From positions 1 to 64,000 of the forward strand of contig CAXXSM010000122.1 in assembly GCA_963663405.2 (NCBI GenBank): DNA of 64,000 nucleotides. Reading direction: 5' to 3'. Under the pieces are notes generated by a model, which saw only the letters and a program-made list of their open reading frames with translations, was not told where the DNA came from and searched no databases. The translations under genes and the position numbers were made by a program. The DNA is from a bacterium. Its GTDB lineage: Bacteria; Hinthialibacterota; Hinthialibacteria; Hinthialibacterales; Hinthialibacteraceae. Below are positions 47,983 to 58,901 of the stretch, piece after piece. How positions within the stretch are numbered: position 1 is the stretch's first letter; the number at the start of each line of letters is the position of its first letter.

Positions 47983-50229
47983 ATGGCCATCTCAACCATA
48001 GATCCACTGGAATTAAAAAAACGCTTAATTAGCGAGCTGAACAAACCACAATTGGAATCCGTCACATACACGGATGGTCCGCTCCTGGTTCTGGCCGGGG
48101 CGGGCAGTGGGAAAACCCGCGTGATCGCCTACCGCATCGCCTATTTAATCGCGGTCAAAAACCTGGCGCCCTGGAATGTGCTGGCGGTCACTTTTACGAA
48201 TAAAGCCGCGCAGGAAATGAAAGAACGAGTTGAATCGATCCTCGGCGCATCGGCGCGCGGCATCTGGATCGGCACGTTTCATTCCATCTGCGCCCGTATG
48301 CTGCGCTACGCCGGACCCAAAATCGGAATTGAATCCACGTTCACCATCTACGACCGCGCCGATCAAAACGCCGCGATCAAACGCGCCATGACGGAACTCA
48401 ACATCAAATCCATCGAACTCAAACCGGCGCTCGCGCTCAATATTATCTCCAAAGCGAAAAGCCGCTTCGAATGGCCCGCTGAGTTCGAAGCCAACGCGCG
48501 GGATGAAAACGATTTCATCGCCGCGAAAATTTATAAAACCTATCAACGAATTCTCCGCGAAAACAACGCTCTCGATTTCGACGATCTCCTAATGGAAACC
48601 GTCCGCCTGCTGATCGACAAACCAGAGATCGCGGATGTATACCGAAAACGGCTGCAATACATCCTCGTCGACGAATACCAGGACACAAACCATCCCCAAT
48701 ACCTCTTCCTCCGCGAATTGGCGAAAGAACGGCGCCAGATCTGCGCTGTCGGTGACGACGATCAATCCATCTACCGGTGGCGTGGAGCCACGATCCGCAA
48801 TATTCTCGAATTTGAAAAAGACTACCCGCAAGTCAAAAAAGTCCGCTTGGAACAGAATTACCGTTCCACAAAAACCATCCTCGCCGCCGCTTCCCATCTC
48901 GTCAAACGCAACAAACAACGGCATGACAAAACCCTTTGGACAAACCGGGAGGAAGGCGAAAAAATCAACGTCATCGAATTACCCGATGAGATGGCGGAAG
49001 CGTACTGGATCTGCGAGGAAATCCAACGATTGCACAACCAGAACCAAATTCCCTACAGTCAATTCGCCGTATTTTACCGGGTCAACGCCCAATCCCGTGT
49101 CTTTGAAGAAGAATGCGTCCGGCGTCAAATGCCCTATCAACTCATCGGCGCCACCGCGTTCTACCAACGGAAAGAAATCAAAGACGTCATCGCGTATTGT
49201 CAACTCTTACTCAATCCCGCGGACGTCGTCGCCTTCCAGCGCATAATCAATGTGCCCCGGAAAAAACTGGGGGAAAAAACCGTCGCGAAACTCCTCGCCT
49301 ACGCCACCCGTATCCACGCGCCCATCCTTTACGCCGCCGTGCGGGTGAACGATCCTCAAAGCGAATCGGATATCCCACCACCCGCCCGCGCCGCATTCGC
49401 CCGTTTCGCCAAGCAATTCGCATTCTGGAAAAAATGCGCGGATGAGTATACGCTCGACAAACTGATCGATGATATTGTCGCGCGATCCGGATACCGGGAA
49501 ATGCTGACCAATGACGAAAAAGATCCCCAAAGCGGCGCCCGGCTGGACAATATCGAAGAACTTATCAACGCCATGGCACAGTTCCACGAAGCGTATAACA
49601 AGGAAGAATCCCCCAAAGCCGACGCGCTGACCGTTTTACAAGCATTTTTGCAGAACGTCTCCCTCGTTTCCGATGTGGATAAATTCAAGGAAGGGGAAGA
49701 CGCCATTATTCTGATGACGCTCCACAGCGCGAAGGGACTCGAATTCCCCTATGTCTACATGACGGGGATGGAAGAAGGTTTATTTCCCCATTTCCGCTCA
49801 CTCGATTCCCCCGCCGAGTTGGAAGAAGAACGCCGGCTCTGCTATGTCGGCATCACACGCGCCATGAAACGGCTTACCCTCACGCACGCCGCTTCCCGCC
49901 GTCTGCACAGCCTCCGAGATAACACCATCCCCAGTACATTTCTAAATGAAATTCCACGGGAATATGTGGAAGAACTCTTCTGGCGCGGCGCGGCGCCGGA
50001 TCCCTACTGGCCACCCGATGAAATGCTCGAAGATGAAACTGAATTCGCTCCCCCGGTCAAACAAGACGCGCCTTTCGACGCGGGAGATATGGTCATCCAC
50101 AGAACCTTCGGTTTCGGCGTAATTTTAGAAGTTCAGGGCCAAGGTGAAAAATCCCGCATCACAGTCGATTTTCAAGAACTTGGTAAAAAAACACTGATCC
50201 AACAATACGCCCGCCTAAAGAAAGTATAA
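47983..50229 (+). CDS. pcrA: UvrD/PcrA superfamily 1 DNA helicase
   Basis: AGAGSGKT, DEYQD, VGDDDQSIY, LEQNYRS, TLHSAKGLEF and EERRL.YVGITRA motifs; C-terminal Tudor-like H..FG.G domain. Confidence 0.92.
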   Translation: MAISTIDPLELKKRLISELNKPQLESVTYTDGPLLVLAGAGSGKTRVIAYRIAYLIAVKNLAPWNVLAVTFTNKAAQEMKERVESILGASARGIWIGTFHSICARMLRYAGPKIGIESTFTIYDRADQNAAIKRAMTELNIKSIELKPALALNIISKAKSRFEWPAEFEANARDENDFIAAKIYKTYQRILRENNALDFDDLLMETVRLLIDKPEIADVYRKRLQYILVDEYQDTNHPQYLFLRELAKERRQICAVGDDDQSIYRWRGATIRNILEFEKDYPQVKKVRLEQNYRSTKTILAAASHLVKRNKQRHDKTLWTNREEGEKINVIELPDEMAEAYWICEEIQRLHNQNQIPYSQFAVFYRVNAQSRVFEEECVRRQMPYQLIGATAFYQRKEIKDVIAYCQLLLNPADVVAFQRIINVPRKKLGEKTVAKLLAYATRIHAPILYAAVRVNDPQSESDIPPPARAAFARFAKQFAFWKKCADEYTLDKLIDDIVARSGYREMLTNDEKDPQSGARLDNIEELINAMAQFHEAYNKEESPKADALTVLQAFLQNVSLVSDVDKFKEGEDAIILMTLHSAKGLEFPYVYMTGMEEGLFPHFRSLDSPAELEEERRLCYVGITRAMKRLTLTHAASRRLHSLRDNTIPSTFLNEIPREYVEELFWRGAAPDPYWPPDEMLEDETEFAPPVKQDAPFDAGDMVIHRTFGFGVILEVQGQGEKSRITVDFQELGKKTLIQQYARLKKV

Positions 50230-50269
50230 TGTAACTACACCCTAAACCAATTTAATATCAAAAATAATA

Positions 50270-51409
50270 ATGAAACAAATACATTGTATACGATCACGGC
50301 CTTATCTGGAAATTACGATTCTCGCCACCGGAGTGTTTCTCCTCTATGGCGGTATAGTCTTAATCTCCTCACTATTTACGTTCGAGCCTTCCAGCACTCC
50401 CTTATTCTGGCCTGCGAACGCCATCGTATTAATCATTATGCTCTATTCAACGCCCCAACGCGCCTTAATCTATCTTGGCGCGGCGGGATTGAGCTATTTT
50501 GTCTATTTAATCTTTCACGATGTGTTTGGATTGGGACCATCCTGCTTATTAACCGGGGCCAATCTGATCGAAATCCTGTCGGGCTATCTTTTGATTCTGT
50601 ATTGCGCGGAAAAACCCATTCAATTCAATCGACTTAGGAACACGGTTGAATTAATCGGGTATGGCGTCATTCTCAACTCAATGATTGGAGCCACGGCGGG
50701 AACAATCCTTATGATGTATGTCTGGGAAGCGCCTACAATTATCAACTGGTCAATCTGGTTCGGCACCGCTTCCATTGGTTATCTAATGGTTCTTCCTTTA
50801 ATGATTTCTTGGCTGGCGCCATTTCCAAAAACGTACAACCGGAGAGAAATTATCGAAATTATTCTCATTTTCGCCTTCTGTTTTATCTCTTCAATTCTCA
50901 TTTTCGCCGTCGAAAGAGATAAGCCAATTGTTTATCCTTACCTTATATTTCCCGTTCTCTTGTTATCCGCTTTGCGGTTCGATCTGCGAATCACCTCCAT
51001 CGCTTTTCAAATCTTCATCATTATCGCGTCTATCTGCAGCGCAAACGCGTTGGGCCCGTTCGCCATGGGAGAATACTATCGCGAAATTGTATTAGTGCGT
51101 TTTAACCTTTTCTGTGGAATAACAATCATCACAGTGCTTGTGGTTTCCGCATTGCACGCCGAAAGAGAATTCTTAGTCCATGAACTGCAAGACGCCCTAA
51201 GCCAAATCAAGACACTAAGCGGCTTCATCCCAATCTGTTCCCATTGCAAGAAAATTCGAGATGATTCAGGCTATTGGAATAAACTGGAAACATACATACA
51301 AGAAAACTCAGACGCCCAGCTTTCCCATGGAATCTGCCCGGACTGCGCGAAAAAACATTATCCAGATTATTTCGATTCTAACGATGATAAAAAATCGATT
51401 CTAAGTTAA
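50270..51409 (+). CDS. MASE1-type membrane sensor with a C-terminal Cys/His-rich domain
   Basis: FWPANA motif and multiple TM helices; tail LSGFIPICSHCKKIRDD.GYW...SHGICPDC. Confidence 0.75.
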   Translation: MKQIHCIRSRPYLEITILATGVFLLYGGIVLISSLFTFEPSSTPLFWPANAIVLIIMLYSTPQRALIYLGAAGLSYFVYLIFHDVFGLGPSCLLTGANLIEILSGYLLILYCAEKPIQFNRLRNTVELIGYGVILNSMIGATAGTILMMYVWEAPTIINWSIWFGTASIGYLMVLPLMISWLAPFPKTYNRREIIEIILIFAFCFISSILIFAVERDKPIVYPYLIFPVLLLSALRFDLRITSIAFQIFIIIASICSANALGPFAMGEYYREIVLVRFNLFCGITIITVLVVSALHAEREFLVHELQDALSQIKTLSGFIPICSHCKKIRDDSGYWNKLETYIQENSDAQLSHGICPDCAKKHYPDYFDSNDDKKSILS

Positions 51410-51461
51410 TTCAATACGAATTCAATTCATGACTCGATCCATAGGAGTGATTTATACAAAA

Positions 51462-52292
51462 ATGAATGAAAGAGAAAATACCCTAACAGGAACAATATTT
51501 TTTCTACTCATTGTATGCGCGTCTTCTCTTGCTATGTGTCAGACGCTCGAAACAATCACCGTTCCACTCGAATTGCTGGAAGGAGCGAAGCCCCTGGAAA
51601 TGATCTTGATCCCGAACGGTGAATTTATCATAGGGAGTCCAGAAGACGAACAAGGTCGCTATTCCAATGAAGAACAACATCAGGTGACATTGACGAAATC
51701 ATTCTACCTGGGCCGGTATGAAGTCACTCAAGCCCATTGGTTGGCGGTAATGGAGACCAATCCCTCCGCCTTCACGGAAAGCGTCAATCAACCCGTGGAA
51801 AACGTGTCATGGAATGACTGCCAGGATTACATTCAACAATTAAACGCTCTTGGATTGGGCCGGTTCCGTCTACCAACCGAAGCGGAATGGGAATACGCCG
51901 CCCGCGCAGGAACAACAGGCCGGTATTATTGGGGAGAGGATCCGGACTACACAGCGATCGAACAATACGCATGGTATGAAGCCACGTCTGAAAATCAAAC
52001 GCATGAAGTGCGATTAAAAACACCGAACGCATGGGGCCTGTACGACATCAGCGGCAACATCTGGGAATGGTGCGAAGATCCATTTGATGAGTATCCACAA
52101 GGGCCGCAAATCGATCCGGTTGGAACAACAGGCACATTCCGTGTCTTTCGTGGAGGCAGTTGGAATTATCCACCTGTCGACTGCCGCTGCGCCGTACGCA
52201 ACGCCGGTTCCCCCTACCCACGCCATTACGATATCGGATTTCGCCTTGTCCGTGAGTATGAAACAGCTGTAGAAGATTGGATGGTTCAATAA
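51462..52292 (+). CDS. Exported FGE-sulfatase/SUMF1-domain protein
   Basis: YEVT, PVENVSW, RLPTEAEWEYAARAG, PNAWGLYD.SGN.WEW, RGGSW and IGFRLV motifs; ends TAVEDWMVQ. Confidence 0.88.
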   Translation: MNERENTLTGTIFFLLIVCASSLAMCQTLETITVPLELLEGAKPLEMILIPNGEFIIGSPEDEQGRYSNEEQHQVTLTKSFYLGRYEVTQAHWLAVMETNPSAFTESVNQPVENVSWNDCQDYIQQLNALGLGRFRLPTEAEWEYAARAGTTGRYYWGEDPDYTAIEQYAWYEATSENQTHEVRLKTPNAWGLYDISGNIWEWCEDPFDEYPQGPQIDPVGTTGTFRVFRGGSWNYPPVDCRCAVRNAGSPYPRHYDIGFRLVREYETAVEDWMVQ

Positions 52293-52331
52293 GGCTGGTT
52301 GAAGATAAAAAACAGATAGCTACTGTTAATC

Positions 52332-54544
52332 CTATTCCTTTAAACAATCTCTCCCATTAGTCAGCCATTCTAATGTAAGTTTAGCGAGTGTGATCTTTCC
52401 GTAGTTATCCCGTTCATAGAGACATCCAATGTGTTTATCAGGAAGTACAGTCAAGCAGGAATAAGCGGAAGAGCCTTCATGAATGATTCTTGAAACCGGC
52501 CAGGTTTCTCCTTCATCATAGCTCAACCGCACTGTCATTTTATCCCGTTTTTCACTGGCGGGATTGGAGAAGAGAAGGCGGTTTTTGCCACGTTCCGCTT
52601 CATTCGTGTATGTTAATATACATGCTTGACAGCGCGGTTCGATCAACGTTTCATCATACGTCAGGTTGGACCAGCTCATCCCTCCATCGCAGCTTATAGA
52701 AATCGCGCGCGTTTTCGCTGGATTCCCACTGGCGCGGCGCATGTTGAGCAGCAGCGATCCCATCACTTCGTTCGGCGACTTGACATTCATTGACACCATC
52801 TTCAGTCACACCGCCCAGTTTCCACGTTTTCCCTCCATCATCCGAGTAGATGACATGAGAATGAGATCCGATCGTGTCTCCAAGGGTTTTATTGTCACAG
52901 GGAATTACAAGCCGGTTCTGAAACGGCGGACGACGCAGTTGAATCCCCACGCCTGGGCCGGTCGCGTACCAGCTCCAATTTTTCCTCTTAGTTGTATCCG
53001 TAATCTCTTTCGGCGCCGCCCATGTGACTCCATCGTCAGCGCTATGGGTAACCCAGACCGTCCGTGATCCTTCACTGGTTCCATCCACGATTTGGCTTTC
53101 TTTGTCGATTCCCAGATTGTGAGTCAACAGCAGCCAAATAATTCCCGTGTTTTGATCGACAACGGGACAGGGATTCCGCACTGTGTTTTCTTTATCATCC
53201 CATACAATCTGTTGCGGACTCCATGTTAGTCCACCATCGGTGGAGCGTTTTCATCAATAAATCGATAATCCCCCGTATCCGACCGGCTCCCTTTCCGCCC
53301 TTCGCAAAAAGCGAGAATCGTTCCTTTCTGTGTGACGATAATGGCGGGAATGCGGTAAGTATGATAACCATCCTGTCCACTGATAAATAGATCCTGCTGT
53401 TCGAAACGCATCGTTTTCACGCGACGATCGAGTTCTTCCAGCGTGAAACGCGCGCTGACGACACAAGGTTTTTCTCCTTCTTTGAGATGACAGTATGTCG
53501 TCGCAACGAAAGTCCCATCGGGTAAAAGTTCCAGCCCGGCGTATCCACAATCCCACCGGTTTTTATTATCCAGCAGCCGCACGCGATACTGCCCTTCCCT
53601 TCCATTGACGATATCCTCATACGTTCCAACCCACGCCACAAAATCCCCCTGAGTGGGAGTCAAATGGGCAGTGTCTCGGAAGACGATCACCAAGCGGCCA
53701 TCCGGGGCGTAACGGATCACATGCCGGTCACCCGTCAACGCGCCGGGCAGTTCGATGGGCTCCGTCCAGGTTGCGCCTTCATCATTAGAAAGAATCAGGA
53801 ACGAATTGAGCGTCCGGCTGTTTTCCCGGAACAACACGGCCAGTTGATTGCCATCCGGAGAGCGGACGATACCCGGCTCGCAGAGATGCGCCTGCGGATG
53901 TTTCGTCACGATATCCGGTTCGCTCCACGTCAAACCTCCATCTTTAGAGAGGATTTTATACACGGTAAACGAAGATCGTTCTCCCCCTTTTTTGAAAAAC
54001 CGTCCATCATCGTGGAACATCGCCATATAGCGCCATCCTTTCAATCGGATCACATCTCCCATCGCGACGATTCCACCAAAATCCCCAATCGGTTTTAACG
54101 ATGTCCAAGTTATTCCATCATCTTCTGATACCGCCATACGGATCGGATATAAACCCGAAAACAGTATTAACCTTTTAACGCCATCTGGATCGATTACGCG
54201 ATGAATTGTGGGCGTTTCCAACGAGGTCGCCCAGTTATCCGGAACGGGCAGGCGTTCAGACCAAGTCAAGCCCCCGTCTTCACTCCGCTTCATGACAATC
54301 GCGCCCCGGCCCGTGTCCTTTGGGGTAAAACAGCGATCATCGTCCGGCCGTCTTCGAGCAGAACCGTCGATGGGTGTCCTAAATATTGGTCAGGCTCACG
54401 GTCGACAATCACCTGCCGGTCTATCTCATGAGAGAGATCAATCAAGGGGATGGAATACCCCCTTTGCTGTTCCTGCGCGAAACTATTCGGACCTGCGTTA
54501 AAAAAACAAAAAAGGAAGGAAATGAGGATGATTCTTCGTTTCAT
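52332..54544 (-). CDS. Exported tandem BNR/sialidase (GH33-like) protein with two propeller domains; about 4 frameshifts
   Basis: Signal peptide; YLGHP, Asp boxes, LCEP, DCGY; second domain YRIP, GPG.GIQL, NECQ, AYSCL and LYE across five ORFs. Confidence 0.8.
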
Positions 54545-54595
54545 AATTGAGTTCCTTGTATTCGAATATAATGACTCTCAATTTAACAGTTTTTC

Positions 54596-54620
54596 TTCAC
54601 GGGCGGGACGCCCCGCGTTT
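54596..54620. repeat. Small REP-like palindrome TTCACGGGC-N5-6-CCCGCGTT; second copy at 58827-58850
   Basis: ttcacgggcgggacgccccgcgttt versus ttcacgggcaagatgcccgcgttc. Confidence 0.5.
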
Positions 54621-54720
54621 CATCATGGCTCTTCCGGCAAGTGAGTACGTTTCTAAACAATCCATTCAATTTTTATGGGAAATTTTGGAAGCCCAGCGCT
54701 GCTATGCAGGATCCTTATTA

Positions 54721-54806
54721 TCTGAACCTTGATTTTCTTGATTCGCTTGATTTTCTTGATTTTTAAATCATGGTAATTCTATAATCCTGTAGAATCATGG
54801 TTCAGA
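54721..54806. repeat. Diverged compact member of the periodic GAT/ATC inverted-repeat family
   Basis: TCTGAACCTTGAT(N6 GAT)3 ... ATC units ... ATCATGGTTCAGA. Confidence 0.6.
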
Positions 54807-54881
54807 CGATTAAGCCATCCTGAACAAAAATCGCAATTCCCCAAAATGATTTTTTGTACTCAATTGCCGGATGAACCTTCA

Positions 54882-57021
54882 TTACTCTTGTATTCCCAAT
54901 AAATCCAGGACAAAGGAGTACCGAAACGCGGTTTCGCGGAAACGATTGTAGCGGCCGGACACACCGCCATGACCGGCTTGCATTTTAGTGCGCAGCAGGA
55001 GCCGGTTCGTATCCGTTTTCATAGCGCGTAATTTCGCCACCCACTTCACCGGTTCCCAATACTGCACTTGCGAATCATGCAGACTGGTAGTGACTAACAC
55101 ATTGGGATAGGCTTTTCTTTCCACATTGTCGTAGGGGCGAATAAGACAGCATATAATCATAGTATTCCCGTATATTCGGATTCCCCCATTCATCGTATTC
55201 CTCGGTTGTCAATGGGATACTGTCATCCAACATAGTCGTAACCACATCCACCCAGGGGACATCCGCCACAATCCCTTTAAACAGATCGGGACGCATGTTC
55301 ATTACAGCCCCCATCAATAATCCGCCCGCGCTGCCTCCCCGCGCAAACAACCGGTCTGGTTGGGTATAATGATTTTCAATCAAATGTTTCGGCGCAGGCG
55401 ATAAAATCAGTGAAGGTGTTTTTCTTCTTCAACAGTTTCCCCTCTTCGTACCAATATCTTCCCATCTCCTGCCCCCGCCGCGGATATGAGCGATGGCGTA
55501 AACAAATCCCCGATCGATCAAGCTTAAACGCTGGGAATCAAAATCGGCGGTCATCGTGTGCCCATACGATCCATAACCATACAGCAACAATGGATTACTT
55601 CCATCTTTCTTCAATCCTTTCCGGTACACAATCGAAAGAGGAATTTTGACGCCGTCTTCCGCTTTCGCCCAGAGCCTTTCCGTGGTGTAATTTTCCGGTT
55701 TGAAACCGCCAAGAATTTCCTCTTGTTTGAGTAATTTTTTCTTGCGGGTATTCATGTTATATTCATACACGGAATCCGGCGTTGTCATGGATGTGTATTG
55801 ATAATGCAGAAGCGGGGTATCGAATTTCGGATTGGCATGAAAATCCGCCGCGTATGTGGGTTCTCCGAAATCCAATTCATGTTCTTCCCCACCCTTCCAT
55901 GGAATGATCCGCATGAGAGTCAATCCATCCTTGCGTTCACTCACAACAAGATGATCTTTGAAGAGTTCGAATCCTCGAAGAAAGACATCCGTCCGGTGGG
56001 GGATCAATTCCCGCCAGTGCTCCTTTCCGGTTTGATCAACAGGTGTTTTCATCAAACGGAAATTCTTTGCTTGATCATTTGTGCGGATATAGAAATGATC
56101 CTTATAATGATCGACAGAGTATTCATGATTTTCTTCTCGTGGCGACACAATTTTAAAAACGCCATCAGGATGATCCGCTTCCAAGAACCGGTATTCACTG
56201 CTCAACGTTTGGTGAGACGCGATCATGATGAATTTTTTGGACTTGGTTTTAAACACATAGCAATTAAATTCCTCGTCTTTTTCTTCATAGACTAAGAGAT
56301 CGTTTGATGGATCGGTTCCCAGCTCATGGCGGTAGACTTGATAGAAGCGAAGGGTCTGTGGATGCTGTTTCACATAAAAGAGGGTCTGATTGTCGTTGGC
56401 CCATGCCAGGCTGGGAGTTGTATCTGGGATGATTTCCAAGAGCGTTTCTCCCGTCAGCAGGTTTTTGAAGTAAATTGTGTATTTCCGGCGGCCCACAGTA
56501 TCCATTGGATAAGCAAGGAGTTCTTGATCGAAACTGACCGCATATCCACCGACCGAACAGAATTCATGCCCTTCCGCCAGTTGGTTGACATTCAGCATAA
56601 CAATCTCATCCGTTTCCATCGAATCCTTCCGGCGGCAGTAAATAGGATACTGCTTTCCTTCTTCCATACGTGTGTAGTAAAAATAATCATCCCGCTTGAC
56701 AGGGACAGACTGATCCGTCTCTTTTATACGTCCTTTAATCTCTTGGAATAAGTTCTCCTGAAAATCCTTTGTATGAGCCATCATGGTTTCGGTATAGCGG
56801 TTCTCCGCCTTCGAGAAAGTCGATCACTTCTGGATTTTCACGTTCACGCAGCCAATTAATAAGGGTCGATTCGCGTATGACCATGCGCTTCGAGTTCCTT
56901 TGGTTTGGTTTTAGCCACTGGAGGTTTGATCAACTCCGCCGCATTCACGCAGGTGGTTAGAATTCCACATGCCATAAACACGCAAAAAGCAAAATCCAAT
57001 AATTTTCAAGAAGTCTTCCAT
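54882..57021 (-). CDS. ptrB: Oligopeptidase B (peptidase S9A); several frameshifts
   Basis: [53 protein letters not shown] and AGHGG.SGR motifs. Confidence 0.88.
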
Positions 57022-57106
57022 TGTTATTTCCTTCCAAAGTGTGGGCCTCGTTTTCATGATCCATCGTATCTGCTTATTATATAAAACTTACATTTTCTAC
57101 TAACAT

Positions 57107-58666
57107 TCAATTCACGTTATCCTTACATCGCCGCAGCCAAGAATGATAAAGCGCATCCAGCTGAGCAGCGATTTTGGGATGGTTGGACGAGACGTTGTTC
57201 GTCTCGGTTTTATCTACATCCATATCATATAGTTCCCATTCTCCATCCCACGAAACCAGTTTCCATTGATCCTTCCGGACCGCCCGGCCTTTCGACCATT
57301 TCCAAAACAGCGGCGATTGGCGGGAAGTATCATTCCCCTTCAATATAGGGATGAAACTCTCCCCCTCATAAGGCAGGATTTTCCGGCCATTGTATTCAGT
57401 GGGATACGCAGCGCCGGCCGCCTCAAGCACAGTTGGCATGATATCGATAAAATGACCGGTCCAATGACTCACGCGGCCTTTCTCTTGAACGCCATCCGGC
57501 CAATAGGCGATCAACGGCGTACAGATGCCTCCTTCAATAACTGTAATTCTTATAATAACGGTATGGTGTGTCGCTCACATTCGCCCAGTTCCGGCCCAGG
57601 GACGTCCAGCGGGTCATGGAGCCAATCTCTCCCTCACCAGGAATATGATAGCCTTTCGACACAACCTCGGCGGAACAGCCGTTGTCCGAAGCGAATAAAA
57701 CGAGCGTATTCTCTTCTTCCCCCATCTCTTTGATTTTCGCGAGTACTTTACCGATGTTCTGGTCCATGCGATCGATCATAGCGGCGTACACCGCCATTTT
57801 AAGCGCTTCTTCCTTCTTTTTTTCATCTTCCAAGGAAGCCCATGTTGAATGGCTTGCGGAGGAAAGAGGAAAACGGTCATCGATTAATCCCATCGCCTTC
57901 TGCCGGTTATTGCGTTCGCTGCGGATAGTTTCATACCCACCATCATACCGCCCGTGATATTTATGAATATCCTCCGGCCATGCCATCAGTGGATCGTGAG
58001 GGGCGGTGTAAGCGAGATAGAGGAAGAATGGTTTATCCTCATTCTTGTATTCATCCAAATAATCCAATGCGTATTTTGTAAAGTAATCCGTTGTGTAAAA
58101 ATCACTCTCCGGTGGAGTATACGGCGCGTAAGTCTTCGCATCGATACACCAGGCGCGATTGTTGCGTTTCTGCGCGGGCTGCCCTTCACCCTTCCGGGAC
58201 ATTCCAGGATTAAAATAATTACAGCACCCATCACGTAGACCGAAATACCGGTCGAATCCCCGATTGTACGGATTCTCAAGCCATGATGTTTGCCTGCCAT
58301 AAGCGTACGGTACCGGCGGCGCGTAACGCTTCGGCGATCGTGACGCAATTGTTTAAAACCGCTGGTTTCTGATCCATGCCACACTGCTGGGCGTACAAAC
58401 CAGTCAATAGACAGGCGCGGGATGGAAAACACTTAGCGGTATTATGAAACTGCGTAAACCGGACACCCCTTGAGCCAGCCGGTCGAGATTGGGTGTCGAT
58501 ATTTCTCCCCCATAACAGCCAAGATCCGACCACCCATATCATCCGCTAGGATCAACACGATATTTGGGCGTTTTTTTGTCTGTCGATTAGAGGCGATGGA
58601 AAAAGGCGCAGTCAGTGATAGCGCGCTTGCCCCAATTGTTTTCAGTATGTCTCTGCGTGTTGTCAT
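57107..58666 (-). CDS. Arylsulfatase (FGly-dependent) with Tat signal; frameshifted
   Basis: [40 protein letters not shown] and WELYD across four ORFs. Confidence 0.85.
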
Positions 58667-58901
58667 AATTGCCTCATGGTTACTGATGTTTGAGTATATT
58701 TGGTGAGATGGATTGATGGCAAAGGCGGTTTCAATAGAGTGAAAAGATATTCATCGTTGAATCCTTGATTAAATGGCTAATCCTAAGAAATCAAACAACA
58801 AAATAATAATATAAAAGTAGTGTTTGTTCACGGGCAAGATGCCCGCGTTCCATTTTAAAGATGTCCGGGCGCTATCCTATCGATGTCGATTGGAGAACAT
58901 C

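Noticed and set aside
51462-52292. FGE-domain protein as a DGR target or a true formylglycine-generating enzyme
   Set aside because: No reverse transcriptase or template repeat in the window, and the canonical FGE core with the catalytic C-x4-C pair is not evident
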